Positions 1 to 8,889 of a stretch of DNA of 44,564 nt are shown here, one piece after another. This DNA comes from Acutalibacteraceae bacterium. GTDB lineage: Bacteria > Bacillota > Clostridia > Oscillospirales > Acutalibacteraceae. The stretch lies in the NCBI GenBank assembly GCA_045635145.1, contig JAZRBQ010000150.1, forward strand, positions 1-44,564, in the 5' to 3' direction. The notes under the pieces are model-generated. The model had not been told where the DNA came from. It was given only the letters and a program-made list of their open reading frames with translations, and did no database searches. The position numbers and the translations under genes were made by a program. Position 1 is the stretch's first letter. The number at the start of each line of letters is the position of its first letter.

Positions 1-1
1 T

Positions 2-991
2 AAAACCACCACATTGCGACTTATTGCGGGTTTTTTAGAACCTGATGAGGGCGATGTTGTCTTCGAGGGTAAAAAAATTAATGGTGTTCCGGCTTACAAG
101 CGTCAGGTTAACACCATTTTTCAGCGTTATGCCCTTTTCCCGCATCTTAACGTTTATGAAAATATTGCTTTCGGACTTAGAGTTAAGAAACTTCCCGAAA
201 AGCAAATAAAAGAAAAGGTTACAGAAATGCTTAAGCTTGTAAACCTTTCGGGTCTTGAAAAACGTAATATTGATACCCTTTCAGGTGGTCAGCAGCAGCG
301 TGTTGCAATAGCACGTGCTATTGCAAATCACCCAAAAGTATTGCTTTTGGACGAGCCATTGGCAGCGCTTGACCTAAAGCTCCGCAAGGATATGCAAAAG
401 GAACTCAAAAAAATTCAACAACAACTTGGCATTACCTTTATTTTTGTAACACACGACCAGGAAGAAGCTCTTACTATGTCTGTCCGTGTGGTTGTAATGG
501 ACGGCGGTAAAATTCAACAGGTTGGTACACCACAGGATATTTACAACGAACCGTCGAACGCCTTTGTTGCCGATTTTATTGGCGAATCTAACATTCTCGA
601 CGGCGTTATGCTTAAAGACTATTTGGTTGAATTTTCGGGCGCTCGCTTCGAATGTCTTGACAAAGGCTTTAAGGCAAACGAAGCCGTTGACGTTGTTGTA
701 CGCCCCGAAGATGTTGACATTGTCCCGCCCGAAAAGGGTATGCTAAAAGGCGTTGTAACTTCGGTTTCGTTCCTTGGCGTTCATTACGAAATTATCGTAG
801 ATATCGGCGGTTTCAAATGGATGATTCAAACCACTGATGAGCATTTTGTTGATGACAAAGTAGGTCTTTTCATTGAGCCGGACGCTATTCACATTATGAA
901 GAAGAGCAAATATTCGGGCCTTTACGGCGACTATTCTTCCTACAGTGAAGAAATCGACCATCTTAGCGACGTGCAGGAGGTGGCAGATTGA
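2..991 (+). CDS. potA: spermidine/putrescine ABC transporter ATP-binding protein (5' end truncated by window edge)
   Basis: The frame stays open to nt 2 (KTTTLR = tail of Walker A; the listed 'M' at 14 is an internal TTG). ABC signature [14 protein letters not shown], Walker B LLLDEP, H-loop VTHD, and a C-terminal TOBE-like regulatory domain. Followed by potB/C/D. Confidence 0.9.
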   Translation, partial: KTTTLRLIAGFLEPDEGDVVFEGKKINGVPAYKRQVNTIFQRYALFPHLNVYENIAFGLRVKKLPEKQIKEKVTEMLKLVNLSGLEKRNIDTLSGGQQQRVAIARAIANHPKVLLLDEPLAALDLKLRKDMQKELKKIQQQLGITFIFVTHDQEEALTMSVRVVVMDGGKIQQVGTPQDIYNEPSNAFVADFIGESNILDGVMLKDYLVEFSGARFECLDKGFKANEAVDVVVRPEDVDIVPPEKGMLKGVVTSVSFLGVHYEIIVDIGGFKWMIQTTDEHFVDDKVGLFIEPDAIHIMKKSKYSGLYGDYSSYSEEIDHLSDVQEVAD

Positions 992-1815
992 ATAAAAAAT
1001 CCTTTGGCAATAAATTCATAGCCTATCCTTATATCGTTTGGTCGGCAATTTTCATTGTTGTTCCCTTGCTTATAATGTTTTACTTTGCCTTAACCGATGT
1101 AAACGGTGTTTTTACATTGGCTAATTTGGCTTCGCTTGGTAGGTACAAAAAAGCTTTTGCGCTTTCTATTGTTTATGCTGTAATCGCAACCATAATCACC
1201 CTATTGCTCGCCTACCCTATGGCTTATTTTATGACAAAATTAAAAATAAGCTCACAAAAAATGATAATGCTGATAGTTATGCTTCCCATGTGGACTAACT
1301 TCCTAATTCGCACTTATTCGTGGATAACTATTCTCGCTAATACGGGTATCATTAATACCTTTTTGCAAAAAATAGGCCTTGGTCCCGTCAAACTCATAAA
1401 CACACCCGGCGCAGTAATTTTAGGTATGGTTTACGACTTTATCCCATATATGATTTTGCCGATTTACTCGGTTATGAGCAAAATTGACAATTCGCTTTTA
1501 GAAGCATCTGACGACCTCGGCGCCAATGCATTTAATAAATTTAAGCGCGTAATATTCCCCTTAAGCCGTCCGGGCGTTATTTCGGGTATCACTATGGTAT
1601 TTGTGCCTAGTGTAAGCACCTTCTATATCTCGCAAAAACTCGGTGGCAACAAAACCATGCTTATAGGCGACACTATTGAACATTTTTTCAATTCCGGTAC
1701 CCATTATTACAATATCGCATCAGCAATATCGCTTGTGCTTATGCTGCTTATTATGATAAGCCTGTTTGTAATGAACAGGTTCTCTGATGACGATAGCGGA
1801 GGTGTGATAATATGA
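988..1815 (+). CDS. potB: spermidine/putrescine ABC transporter permease
   Basis: TTG start at 988 lies 7 nt after AGGAGG (975-980) and overlaps the potA stop. Multi-TM protein with the EAA loop [26 protein letters not shown]. Position in the pot operon. Confidence 0.88.
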   Translation: MNKKSFGNKFIAYPYIVWSAIFIVVPLLIMFYFALTDVNGVFTLANLASLGRYKKAFALSIVYAVIATIITLLLAYPMAYFMTKLKISSQKMIMLIVMLPMWTNFLIRTYSWITILANTGIINTFLQKIGLGPVKLINTPGAVILGMVYDFIPYMILPIYSVMSKIDNSLLEASDDLGANAFNKFKRVIFPLSRPGVISGITMVFVPSVSTFYISQKLGGNKTMLIGDTIEHFFNSGTHYYNIASAISLVLMLLIMISLFVMNRFSDDDSGGVII

Positions 1816-2618
1816 AAATTTTATCTCGCCTTTATATAGCGCTTATTCTCTTTTTCCTTTACGCTCCCATTCTTGTAATGATTTTCTTTTCCTTCAATTC
1901 ATCGAACAGCGTATGGGTGTTTGAGAGTTTCTCGTTCGATTGGTATTTGGGTTTAATTTCCGATGATGAAATGCTTAACGCTTTATGGCATACACTTATA
2001 ATTGCTTCTCTATCGGCAGTTATATCTACCATTTTAGGCACCGCCGCCGCGGTAGGAATAATGGCTATGCGCAACAAGCTTACCAAAAAGCTTGTAATGG
2101 GCGCCACCAATATTCCTATGATGAATGCCGATATTGTAACAGGCATTTCTCTTATGTTTTTATTCATATTTGTAGGTAAGCTTTTAGGACTTTCAGAATC
2201 TTTAGGCTTTATTACCATACTAATAGCTCATATTACGTTTAACCTACCCTACGTAATTCTTTCGGTTTTACCAAAGTTAAAACAAACCGATGCAAATTTG
2301 CACGAAGCAGCTCTTGATCTTGGCTGCACACCCGTTAAAGCCTTTTTCAAGGTAATACTACCTTCTATTTCTACAGGCATAGTTACCGGTATGATTATGG
2401 CTTTCACCCTATCGCTCGACGATTTTGTTATAAGTTATTTCACATGCGGCGATTATCAAACCTTACCGATTATCATATATAATATGACCAAAAAATCGGT
2501 AAAACCCGATACATACGCCCTTTCAACCCTTATTTTTATTGTTATTTTCGTTTTGCTTATTCTTTATAACACTTTAAGTAGCAAAGCCGAAAGCAAAGCA
2601 GCTAAAAGGAGGGCATAA
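1812..2618 (+). CDS. potC: spermidine/putrescine ABC transporter permease
   Basis: ATG overlaps the potB stop (ATGA-type coupling). EAA loop HEAALDLGCTPVKAFFKVILPSISTG. Six hydrophobic segments. Confidence 0.88.
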   Translation: MKILSRLYIALILFFLYAPILVMIFFSFNSSNSVWVFESFSFDWYLGLISDDEMLNALWHTLIIASLSAVISTILGTAAAVGIMAMRNKLTKKLVMGATNIPMMNADIVTGISLMFLFIFVGKLLGLSESLGFITILIAHITFNLPYVILSVLPKLKQTDANLHEAALDLGCTPVKAFFKVILPSISTGIVTGMIMAFTLSLDDFVISYFTCGDYQTLPIIIYNMTKKSVKPDTYALSTLIFIVIFVLLILYNTLSSKAESKAAKRRA

Positions 2619-2619
2619 T

Positions 2620-3726
2620 ATGAAAAAACTATTAACACTTCTTTTATGTTTATTGCTTACCCTTTCGCTTTGTGGGTGCAAATATGCTTATCAGTACTTT
2701 GACCTAGAACTCGAAGGCGAATACACCCGTGATTTAGAGGGCACTTCCCTTACGGTTTACAACTGGGGTGAATATATTTCAGATGGCAGTTACGATATGC
2801 TTGACGTTAATGCCGAGTTTGAACGCCTTACCGGCATTAAGGTAAACTACCTAATGTTTGAAAGCAACGAAACAATGTACTCTCAGCTAAAAAACGGTGG
2901 CATTACCTATGATGTTGTTATCCCGTCTGATTATATGATTGAGCGCCTCATCCGTGAAGACGAGCTTTTGGAAATTGATACCAACAGGCTTTCAAACTAC
3001 CACTATATCGACGAAAAATATAAAAACGTATTTTTCGACCCCGATAATAAATACAGTATTCCCTACAGCGTGGGTATGGTCGGTGTTATTTACAACACCG
3101 CGCAGGTTGGCACCGATATTGACCATTCGTGGAACGTCTTGTGGGATAAACAGTATAAAGACAAGGCGCTTAACTTTAATAACCCGCGCGACGCCTTTAT
3201 GACCGCCCAAATGCTTTTAGGGCAGGACCTTAACTCCACAAACAAAGCCGACTGGAACGCTGCGGCAGAGCTGCTTAAAAAGGGCAAGGATAATCTTCAG
3301 TCCTACGTAATGGACGAAGTTTACGGCAAGATGGAAACCGGCGAAGCCGCTATTGCTCCCTATTACGCAGGCGATTATCTTACAATGTATGAAGTTAACG
3401 AAGATTTAGCCTTCTTCTACCCACAGGAAGGTACGAACGTGTTTATAGATTCGATTTGTATTCCTAAATCCTCAAAAAACTATGAAGCTGCGCTAATGTA
3501 TATTAACTTCCTTTTAGAACCGCAAATAGCCACCGCTAATGCAGAATATATCGGTTACGCTTCGCCCAATACCGCGGTTGTAAACAACCCCGATTATTAC
3601 TATTATCAAAATAAAATTTTATATCCTGACGAAAAGGATATGCCAAAAGTACAGTATTACCACGATATCGACGACGAAATCCGTATGCATTACGAAATGC
3701 TTTGGTGCGAAGTAAAGCTGTATTAA
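2620..3726 (+). CDS. potD: spermidine/putrescine-binding lipoprotein (PotD/PotF family)
   Basis: Lipoprotein signal with lipobox LSLCGC. PotD-like periplasmic binding-protein sequence (e.g. DVVIPSDYMIERL, YSIPY, IAPYYAGDY). Last gene of the pot operon. Confidence 0.88.
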   Translation: MKKLLTLLLCLLLTLSLCGCKYAYQYFDLELEGEYTRDLEGTSLTVYNWGEYISDGSYDMLDVNAEFERLTGIKVNYLMFESNETMYSQLKNGGITYDVVIPSDYMIERLIREDELLEIDTNRLSNYHYIDEKYKNVFFDPDNKYSIPYSVGMVGVIYNTAQVGTDIDHSWNVLWDKQYKDKALNFNNPRDAFMTAQMLLGQDLNSTNKADWNAAAELLKKGKDNLQSYVMDEVYGKMETGEAAIAPYYAGDYLTMYEVNEDLAFFYPQEGTNVFIDSICIPKSSKNYEAALMYINFLLEPQIATANAEYIGYASPNTAVVNNPDYYYYQNKILYPDEKDMPKVQYYHDIDDEIRMHYEMLWCEVKLY

Positions 3727-3731
3727 AATTC

Positions 3732-3766
3732 AAAGGACTTAAGGAAAATTCCTTAAGTCCTTTTAT
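3732..3766. terminator. rho-independent terminator / hairpin element copy 1
   Basis: Arms AAAGGACTTAAGGAA (3732-3746) and TTCCTTAAGTCCTTT (3749-3763) are perfectly complementary, followed by a T-run. Sits 6 nt after the potD stop and 3 nt before the stop of the convergent gene at 3769. Confidence 0.8.
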
Positions 3767-3768
3767 GT

Positions 3769-4290
3769 TTAGCCGAGGTCTTGAATATTGATTTTGTCAA
3801 GTTGTTTTTTCTTTGGCTTGCCTTTACGATTTACAAAGTAAATAATCAAAGAAATTGTAGTGGGTATGTTTGTTAAAATGAATAATATAATTATCGACGG
3901 TAAAACCGGAAATCCGGTAGAAGAACCCACTTCATCATCGCCATAATCTAAAGTTTCATCGACATCGGTATCATCATACTCATCATACTCATCGTCTAAA
4001 TATTCACTAATAGTAACATCGTCATATTCAGAATCAATTGTATCATCATAAACTTCAGAATAACTTATACTTGTGTTCTCATCACTTTCATAACTCACAA
4101 AGGCAACTGCATTAACTGAAAAGCTTAACACAATTACTAATGACAAAACAAACTGAACTATTGGAATAATAAGTCCTACGAATTTATTTTCTCGCTTAGA
4201 AAGAAAAATTTGTAAAATAATCGGTCCCACTATAAATAACGGAACACCTATAATCAAAAAGAGAAAAATTAATACTGTAATCCCTGCCAT
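3769..4290 (-). CDS. hypothetical membrane protein with a highly acidic Asp/Glu/Tyr-rich loop
   Basis: ATG at 4290 preceded by AGGTAGGT. Two N-terminal hydrophobic helices, a 54-aa loop with 25 D/E, 8 Tyr and no basic residue, one more helix, and a basic tail (RKGKPKKKQ). No family recognised. Confidence 0.6.
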   Translation of the reverse strand: MAGITVLIFLFLIIGVPLFIVGPIILQIFLSKRENKFVGLIIPIVQFVLSLVIVLSFSVNAVAFVSYESDENTSISYSEVYDDTIDSEYDDVTISEYLDDEYDEYDDTDVDETLDYGDDEVGSSTGFPVLPSIIILFILTNIPTTISLIIYFVNRKGKPKKKQLDKINIQDLG

Positions 4291-4300
4291 TTTAAATTAC

Positions 4301-4594
4301 CTACCTTTGTTGTTTTTTATATTCATTAATTAAAATTTTTGCGGTGTCAAAATTAATTTTTTCATTTATCGCCAGTTTTTTTACAAGCGAAATGTAACTA
4401 TCCTTTTCAGCATCTTCACTGATTTTTATTTTTTGTATCAGTTTATCAAGCCTTAACCTGACAGTAGGATAGGTTACGTCGTACTGTTTTGCCATTTCCT
4501 TTAACGAACCCGATGCCAATAAAAACCTTTTAATAAAAGCCATATCTTCATCATCTAAATTCGTCATCCATTCAGGAATCATTTCTATTGACAT
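4301..4594 (-). CDS. short DUF2089-like HTH protein (putative regulator)
   Basis: I place the start at ATG 4594 (MSIEMIPEW...) because GGAGAG lies 6 nt upstream; the ORF-track start at 4651 has no SD. The segment FIKRFLLASGSLKEMAKQYDVTYPTVRLRLDKLIQKI resembles the C-terminal HTH part of DUF2089 proteins (from memory). The N-terminal zinc ribbon of that family is absent. Confidence 0.6.
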   Translation of the reverse strand: MSIEMIPEWMTNLDDEDMAFIKRFLLASGSLKEMAKQYDVTYPTVRLRLDKLIQKIKISEDAEKDSYISLVKKLAINEKINFDTAKILINEYKKQQR

Positions 4595-4610
4595 ATTTGC
4601 TCTCCTTTCT

Positions 4611-4651
4611 TTAACATTGTTAAGTATATCATTTAATAATGTTAAAGTCAA
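4611..4651 (-). promoter_or_regulatory. sigma-A-type promoter (TTGACT-17-TATACT) overlapped by a 13-bp inverted repeat (candidate operator)
   Basis: Minus strand: -35 TTGACT (4651-4646), 17-nt spacer, -10 TATACT (4628-4623). Inverted repeat TTAACATTGTTAA (4611-4623) / TTAATAATGTTAA (4633-4645), 12 of 13 complementary, 9-nt spacer, covering the -10 and the spacer. Confidence 0.55.
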
Positions 4652-4699
4652 TAGTTAATTTTATTTTAATTTTATTTAACAATATCCACAAAAAAATTC

Positions 4700-4731
4700 A
4701 AGGACTTAAGGAAAATCCTTAAGTCCTTTTT
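4700..4731 (-). terminator. rho-independent terminator of the arg/pro operon / hairpin element copy 2
   Basis: Arms AAGGACTTAAGGA (4700-4712) and TCCTTAAGTCCTT (4716-4728). On the minus-strand RNA the hairpin is followed by GAATTTTTTT. Begins 2 nt after the stop of the ORF at 4731. Confidence 0.8.
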
Positions 4732-5120
4732 CATTCGCAATAAAAACAATCTTCCCGCCACTTTTGCGGGTTGGTGTCAATATAATTCCAAATTTTTAAA
4801 TAATCCCCTTCCCCACGGATTATGTGGTCGTGGAAGGAACGCTGCCAAATAGATTGTGAATATCCATTTTTATGAATATCACGCGATACATTCATTTTCA
4901 AATAGCCGACTGCTTTTGGAATTAACGCTCTATTTTGTAGGGGCGATTCGTGAATCGCCCCTACGATATTGCAAAATAAATTTTTGCGGTTATATGTGCA
5001 AATGGTTATGAAATAATATCCATTTTGGCTATAATCAAATTGTTTTAACCGTGTCGGTTTACGTTTTGGTAATGCCACGAAATTATTTACCCAATTCTTT
5101 TGTGCGTTTAAACGATGCAT
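4731..5120 (-). CDS. IS200/IS605-like (Y1, RayT-type) transposase-family protein, internally shortened and probably inactive
   Basis: N-terminal YYFITICTYNRKNLF and C-terminal IWQRSFHDHIIRGEGDYLKIWNYIDTNPQKWREDCFY match the conserved ends of the ~160-190-aa Firmicute RayT-like family (from memory). The central block with the (V/I)MPNH(V/I)H HUH motif appears to be missing. No convincing SD for ATG 5120 (overlaps proC by 38 nt) or for the in-frame GTG 5078. Confidence 0.55.
   Translation of the reverse strand: MHRLNAQKNWVNNFVALPKRKPTRLKQFDYSQNGYYFITICTYNRKNLFCNIVGAIHESPLQNRALIPKAVGYLKMNVSRDIHKNGYSQSIWQRSFHDHIIRGEGDYLKIWNYIDTNPQKWREDCFYCE
4937..4964. repeat. 28-nt palindrome GTAGGGGCGATTC-GT-GAATCGCCCCTAC inside the transposase-like ORF
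   Basis: The 13-nt arms are perfectly complementary with a 2-nt centre. Encodes VGAIHESPL on the minus strand. Only copy in this window. Confidence 0.85.
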
Positions 5121-5889
5121 TCAATGCGGTATTTACGTTTTTATCAAAATCGGAATTTTGAAGCGAAATTACACCTTCGATGGTTGAACCCTTGGGGCTA
5201 CAAACTTCTATTCGTAATTGTTCGGGGGTTTTATCGCTTTCTAACATTAATTTTGCGGCGCCTAATAAGGTTTGCGCGGCATATTCGATTGCCTTTTCGT
5301 TATCCAAGCCGAATTCAGTTCCCGCCTTTGCCATACTTTCGGCAAACATATAAACAAATGCAGGGCCACAACCCGAAACAACGCAACCCGCGTCAATTAA
5401 TTCTTCATCTAATCGGTCGAGTCTTCCCGAAAATTGCAAAATTTTGTTAAATTCCGTAATTTCTAAATCGGTAATCGCCTTGCAGGGTGAATACAAAATC
5501 ATACCTTCGCCCACCATTACAGGTGTGTTTGGCATAATGCGGATAATCGGCATTTTAGCATCTAACATATCGTTGAATTTTGCAATTTTAATGCCTGCCG
5601 CCATTGTAACCAAAATAAATCTATCGGTTCTTGCCTTTAATGTGGGGGCAATTTCGGCAATTAAATCCGCCATCATTTGCGGTTTTACACCTAAAAAAAT
5701 GTATTTTGCGGTTTTGGCAACCGTCAAGGTATCAACAACCGAACCGCCTGTTTTTTGCGCCATAGCTTCGGCCTTTTCTGCCATTGCATCGGCGAGTAAA
5801 ATCTCGGTATTATCGGCTTTGCTTACCGCCACCGCCAAAGCACCGCCCATATTACCGCAGCCAATAAAACCAACCTTAATCTTTTCCAT
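5083..5889 (-). CDS. proC: pyrroline-5-carboxylate reductase
   Basis: N-terminal Rossmann motif VGFIGCGNMGGAL and a P5CR dimerisation-domain motif (VCSPKGSTIEG). ATG overlaps the proA stop (TAATG). Confidence 0.92.
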   Translation of the reverse strand: MEKIKVGFIGCGNMGGALAVAVSKADNTEILLADAMAEKAEAMAQKTGGSVVDTLTVAKTAKYIFLGVKPQMMADLIAEIAPTLKARTDRFILVTMAAGIKIAKFNDMLDAKMPIIRIMPNTPVMVGEGMILYSPCKAITDLEITEFNKILQFSGRLDRLDEELIDAGCVVSGCGPAFVYMFAESMAKAGTEFGLDNEKAIEYAAQTLLGAAKLMLESDKTPEQLRIEVCSPKGSTIEGVISLQNSDFDKNVNTALNASFKRTKELGK

Positions 5890-7118
5890 TATCTCACCTG
5901 TCCGTTACCGTTAATAACGTATTTATATGTGTTCAATTCCATAAGTCCCATCGGTCCGCGCGCGTGCAACTTTTGGGTGGAGATGCCCATTTCGCAACCC
6001 AAACCAAACTCACCACCGTCGGTAAAACGGGTTGAAGCGTTAACGTAAACCGCTGCCGAATCTACAAGTGACGTAAATTTAGCACTTGCGGTATCATCAT
6101 TTGTTATAATGCTTTCGCTGTGGTGGGTAGAATGTTCGGCAATGTGATTTATGGCTTCATCAACACCGTCAACCACCTTAACCGCCATAATATAATCCAA
6201 AAATTCGGTGTCAAAATCGGTTTCACTCGCAGGTGTTGCGGGGATAATATCACAAACCGCCTTGTCACCCCTGATTTCTACCCTACCTTTAAATAAATCG
6301 CAAAGCTTGGGTAAAAATTCATTAGCGATACCCTTATCGACAAGGCAAACCTCTGCCGCATTACAAACTGACGGACGGCTTGTTTTAGCGTTATTTATGA
6401 TATTAAGCGCCATATCAATATCAGCAGTTTTTTCAACAAAAATATGGCAAATACCCGTGCCCGTTTCGATACAGGGTACCGTTGCGTTTTCGGTACAAGC
6501 CTTTATAAGACCCTTACCACCACGAGGAATGAGTAAATCAACGTATCCGTCGGCTGTCATAAGCTCGTTAGCGCTCTTACGCGTGGTGTCTTCTACAAGA
6601 TTTACATAATCTTCCGAAAGACCGCATTCCTTAAGACCTTCTTTTAGGGCATCTACAATCGCCTTAGACGAATTATAGGCTTCCTTCCCGCCGCGAAGCA
6701 CACATACGTTACCGCTTTTGAAAGCAAGTGCCGCCGCATCGCTTGTAACATTTGGTCGGCTTTCATAAATGATTGCAACAACACCAAATGGCACCGACAC
6801 TTTGTTAACCGAAAGCCCATTTTCTAAGTTTACGGTAGATAAAACCTTACCTACACCGTCGGGCAAATCGCGCACGTCGGTAATGCCCTTTGCCATACCT
6901 TTAATTCTATCTTCATTTAAGGTCAAGCGGTCAATCATAACGTCGCTAATTGTACCCTTGGCATTTTCAATATCAATTTGATTAGCCGCTAAAATTTCGC
7001 TTGTATGCGCAAGCAAAGTATTAGCCATTGAGGTTAAAGCTTCGTTCTTTTGCGCTAAAGTTAAAATATTGTTACGCGATAAAGCCTTTGCTTTTTGTAA
7101 AATTTCTTGTGTAGTCAT
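5889..7118 (-). CDS. proA: glutamate-5-semialdehyde dehydrogenase (gamma-glutamyl phosphate reductase)
   Basis: Aldehyde-dehydrogenase-type fold with the catalytic region PSVCNAAE and the conserved C-terminus GPMGLxELxxxKY. Lies between proB and proC. Confidence 0.92.
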   Translation of the reverse strand: MTTQEILQKAKALSRNNILTLAQKNEALTSMANTLLAHTSEILAANQIDIENAKGTISDVMIDRLTLNEDRIKGMAKGITDVRDLPDGVGKVLSTVNLENGLSVNKVSVPFGVVAIIYESRPNVTSDAAALAFKSGNVCVLRGGKEAYNSSKAIVDALKEGLKECGLSEDYVNLVEDTTRKSANELMTADGYVDLLIPRGGKGLIKACTENATVPCIETGTGICHIFVEKTADIDMALNIINNAKTSRPSVCNAAEVCLVDKGIANEFLPKLCDLFKGRVEIRGDKAVCDIIPATPASETDFDTEFLDYIMAVKVVDGVDEAINHIAEHSTHHSESIITNDDTASAKFTSLVDSAAVYVNASTRFTDGGEFGLGCEMGISTQKLHARGPMGLMELNTYKYVINGNGQVR

Positions 7119-7119
7119 A

Positions 7120-7890
7120 TTAATCCGCCTTTCCTAAAAAGCGTGTGCCAATATCCTTACCTGCCACAATATCATAAAGCGACAAGGGGGTTTCGCCGTT
7201 GGCAATAACCATATCAATTCCTTCAGCGGTCACAATTTTGGCCGCTCTTATTTTAGTAATCATACCGCCTGTGCCTAAGCTACTGCCCGCACCGCCAACC
7301 ATATTTTCGATTTCGGGTGTGATTTCAGCCACAGTGTGCAAAAGCTTTGCATTGGGGTCTTTTTTGGGGTCGCCCGTGTAAAGACCGTTAATGTCTGATA
7401 AAATTATAAGCAAGTCGGCATCAACCGCGGTTGCCACAATAGCACCTAAGGTATCGTTATCGCCAATTTCAATTTCCTTTGTAGAAATTGAGTCGTTTTC
7501 ATTGATAATCGGGATTGCCGAAAGTTCTAAAAGACGGCTCATTGTATTGATAAAGTTTTGCTTACGGTCAGCGTGTTCAATGTCGTCGCCTGTTATAAGT
7601 ATTTGGGCTACCGTGTGATTATAATTAGAGAACAAGCGGTCGTAAGTGTACATAAGTTCGCATTGGCCAACTGCTGCTGCCGCCTGCTTTGTAGGGATAT
7701 CGGTGGGTTTTTCGTTAAGCGATAACTTGCCAACACCCATACCAATAGCACCCGAAGATACCAATATAACTTCATTACCCGCATTTTTAAGGTCACTCAT
7801 AACCTTGCAAAGTTCTTCAACGCGCAAAATGTTTAAAAGACCTGTTTTATGCGCCAATGTTGAAGTGCCAATTTTTATAACAACTCTCAT
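7120..7890 (-). CDS. proB: glutamate 5-kinase (short form without PUA domain)
   Basis: Amino-acid kinase family (VIKIGTSTL, VSSGAIGMG, ENDSIS, DNDTLGA, GTGGMITKI). At 256 aa it ends before where a PUA domain would begin. Confidence 0.9.
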   Translation of the reverse strand: MRVVIKIGTSTLAHKTGLLNILRVEELCKVMSDLKNAGNEVILVSSGAIGMGVGKLSLNEKPTDIPTKQAAAAVGQCELMYTYDRLFSNYNHTVAQILITGDDIEHADRKQNFINTMSRLLELSAIPIINENDSISTKEIEIGDNDTLGAIVATAVDADLLIILSDINGLYTGDPKKDPNAKLLHTVAEITPEIENMVGGAGSSLGTGGMITKIRAAKIVTAEGIDMVIANGETPLSLYDIVAGKDIGTRFLGKAD

Positions 7891-7902
7891 TTTAATACAT
7901 CC

Positions 7903-8889
7903 TTATACCAATGTTGCAAGCATAACCGCCTTAATAGTATGCATACGGTTTTCGGCTTCATCGAAAACGATTGACTGCTCGCTTTCGAATACTTCGTTTG
8001 TAACTTCCATTTCAGAAATACCAAACTTTTCGCCGATTTCTTTGCCGAGCGTAGTATTAAGGTCGTGAAAAGAAGGTAAACAATGCATAAATACTGCATT
8101 TTCGCCCGCATTTTCCATAATCTTTTTATTAACTTGATAAGGCATTAAAGCCTTAATGCGTTCTTCCCAAACACTCTCGGGCTCGCCCATAGAAACCCAA
8201 ACATCAGTTGCGATAACATCGGCATTCTTTGTGGCTTTCATAGGGTCGGTTTCAAAATTAATTGTGCTTCCGTTTTGCTTTGCAATTTCTATACAAGTAT
8301 CAATAAGTTCTTGTTCGGGGAAGTACTCTTTTGGAGCGCAAGCAGTAAAGTTAACACCCAATTTAGCGCAAGCCACCATATAAGAATTACCCATATTGTA
8401 ACGAGCATCGCCCATATAAACAAAGTTGATACCCTCGATTTTGCCAAAGCGTTCCTTAACGGTTAAAAAGTCAGCAAGCATTTGGGTTGGGTGGAATTCG
8501 TTAGTAAGACCGTTCCACACCGGTACACCCGCATATTTTGCCAATTCCTCAACAATTTCCTGTCCAAAGCCACGGTATTCGATACCGTCGTACATTCTGC
8601 CTAAAACGCGGGCAGTATCGGCAATGCTTTCCTTCTTGCCGATTTGTGAGCCTTGGGGGTCTAAATATGTAACGCCCATACCTAAATCGTAAGCCGCAAC
8701 CTCAAAGCTGCAGCGTGTACGGGTACTTGTTTTTTCAAAAATCAAGGCAATATTTTTACCTTCGCAATACTTATGCGGAATACCTGCCTTTTTCTTATAT
8801 TTAAGTTCGCCTGCCAAATCTATAAGGCATTCAATTTCTTCTTTTGAGAAATCCAATAACTTTAAAAAGCTCTTTCCCTTAAAATCCAT
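7903..8889 (-). CDS. argF: ornithine carbamoyltransferase
   Basis: STRTR carbamoyl-phosphate motif, HPTQ, DVWVSMG, HCLP. I place the start at ATG 8889 ([14 protein letters not shown]), which overlaps the argD stop as TAATG. The ORF-track start at 8901 is a TTG abutting the SD. Confidence 0.92.
   Translation of the reverse strand: MDFKGKSFLKLLDFSKEEIECLIDLAGELKYKKKAGIPHKYCEGKNIALIFEKTSTRTRCSFEVAAYDLGMGVTYLDPQGSQIGKKESIADTARVLGRMYDGIEYRGFGQEIVEELAKYAGVPVWNGLTNEFHPTQMLADFLTVKERFGKIEGINFVYMGDARYNMGNSYMVACAKLGVNFTACAPKEYFPEQELIDTCIEIAKQNGSTINFETDPMKATKNADVIATDVWVSMGEPESVWEERIKALMPYQVNKKIMENAGENAVFMHCLPSFHDLNTTLGKEIGEKFGISEMEVTNEVFESEQSIVFDEAENRMHTIKAVMLATLV

Noticed and set aside
5018-5026. The HDH triplet in the RayT-like ORF as a possible HUH catalytic motif
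   Set aside because: By position it lies on the WQRSxHxHII strand immediately before the Tyr helix, which in full-length family members coexists with a separate upstream MPNHxH motif. I therefore treat the true HUH as missing. This needs an HMM alignment to confirm.
5444-5914. 156-aa ORF on the + strand
   Set aside because: Lies entirely antisense to proC, which has clear family motifs. Hydrophobic low-information translation typical of a shadow ORF, with no SD.
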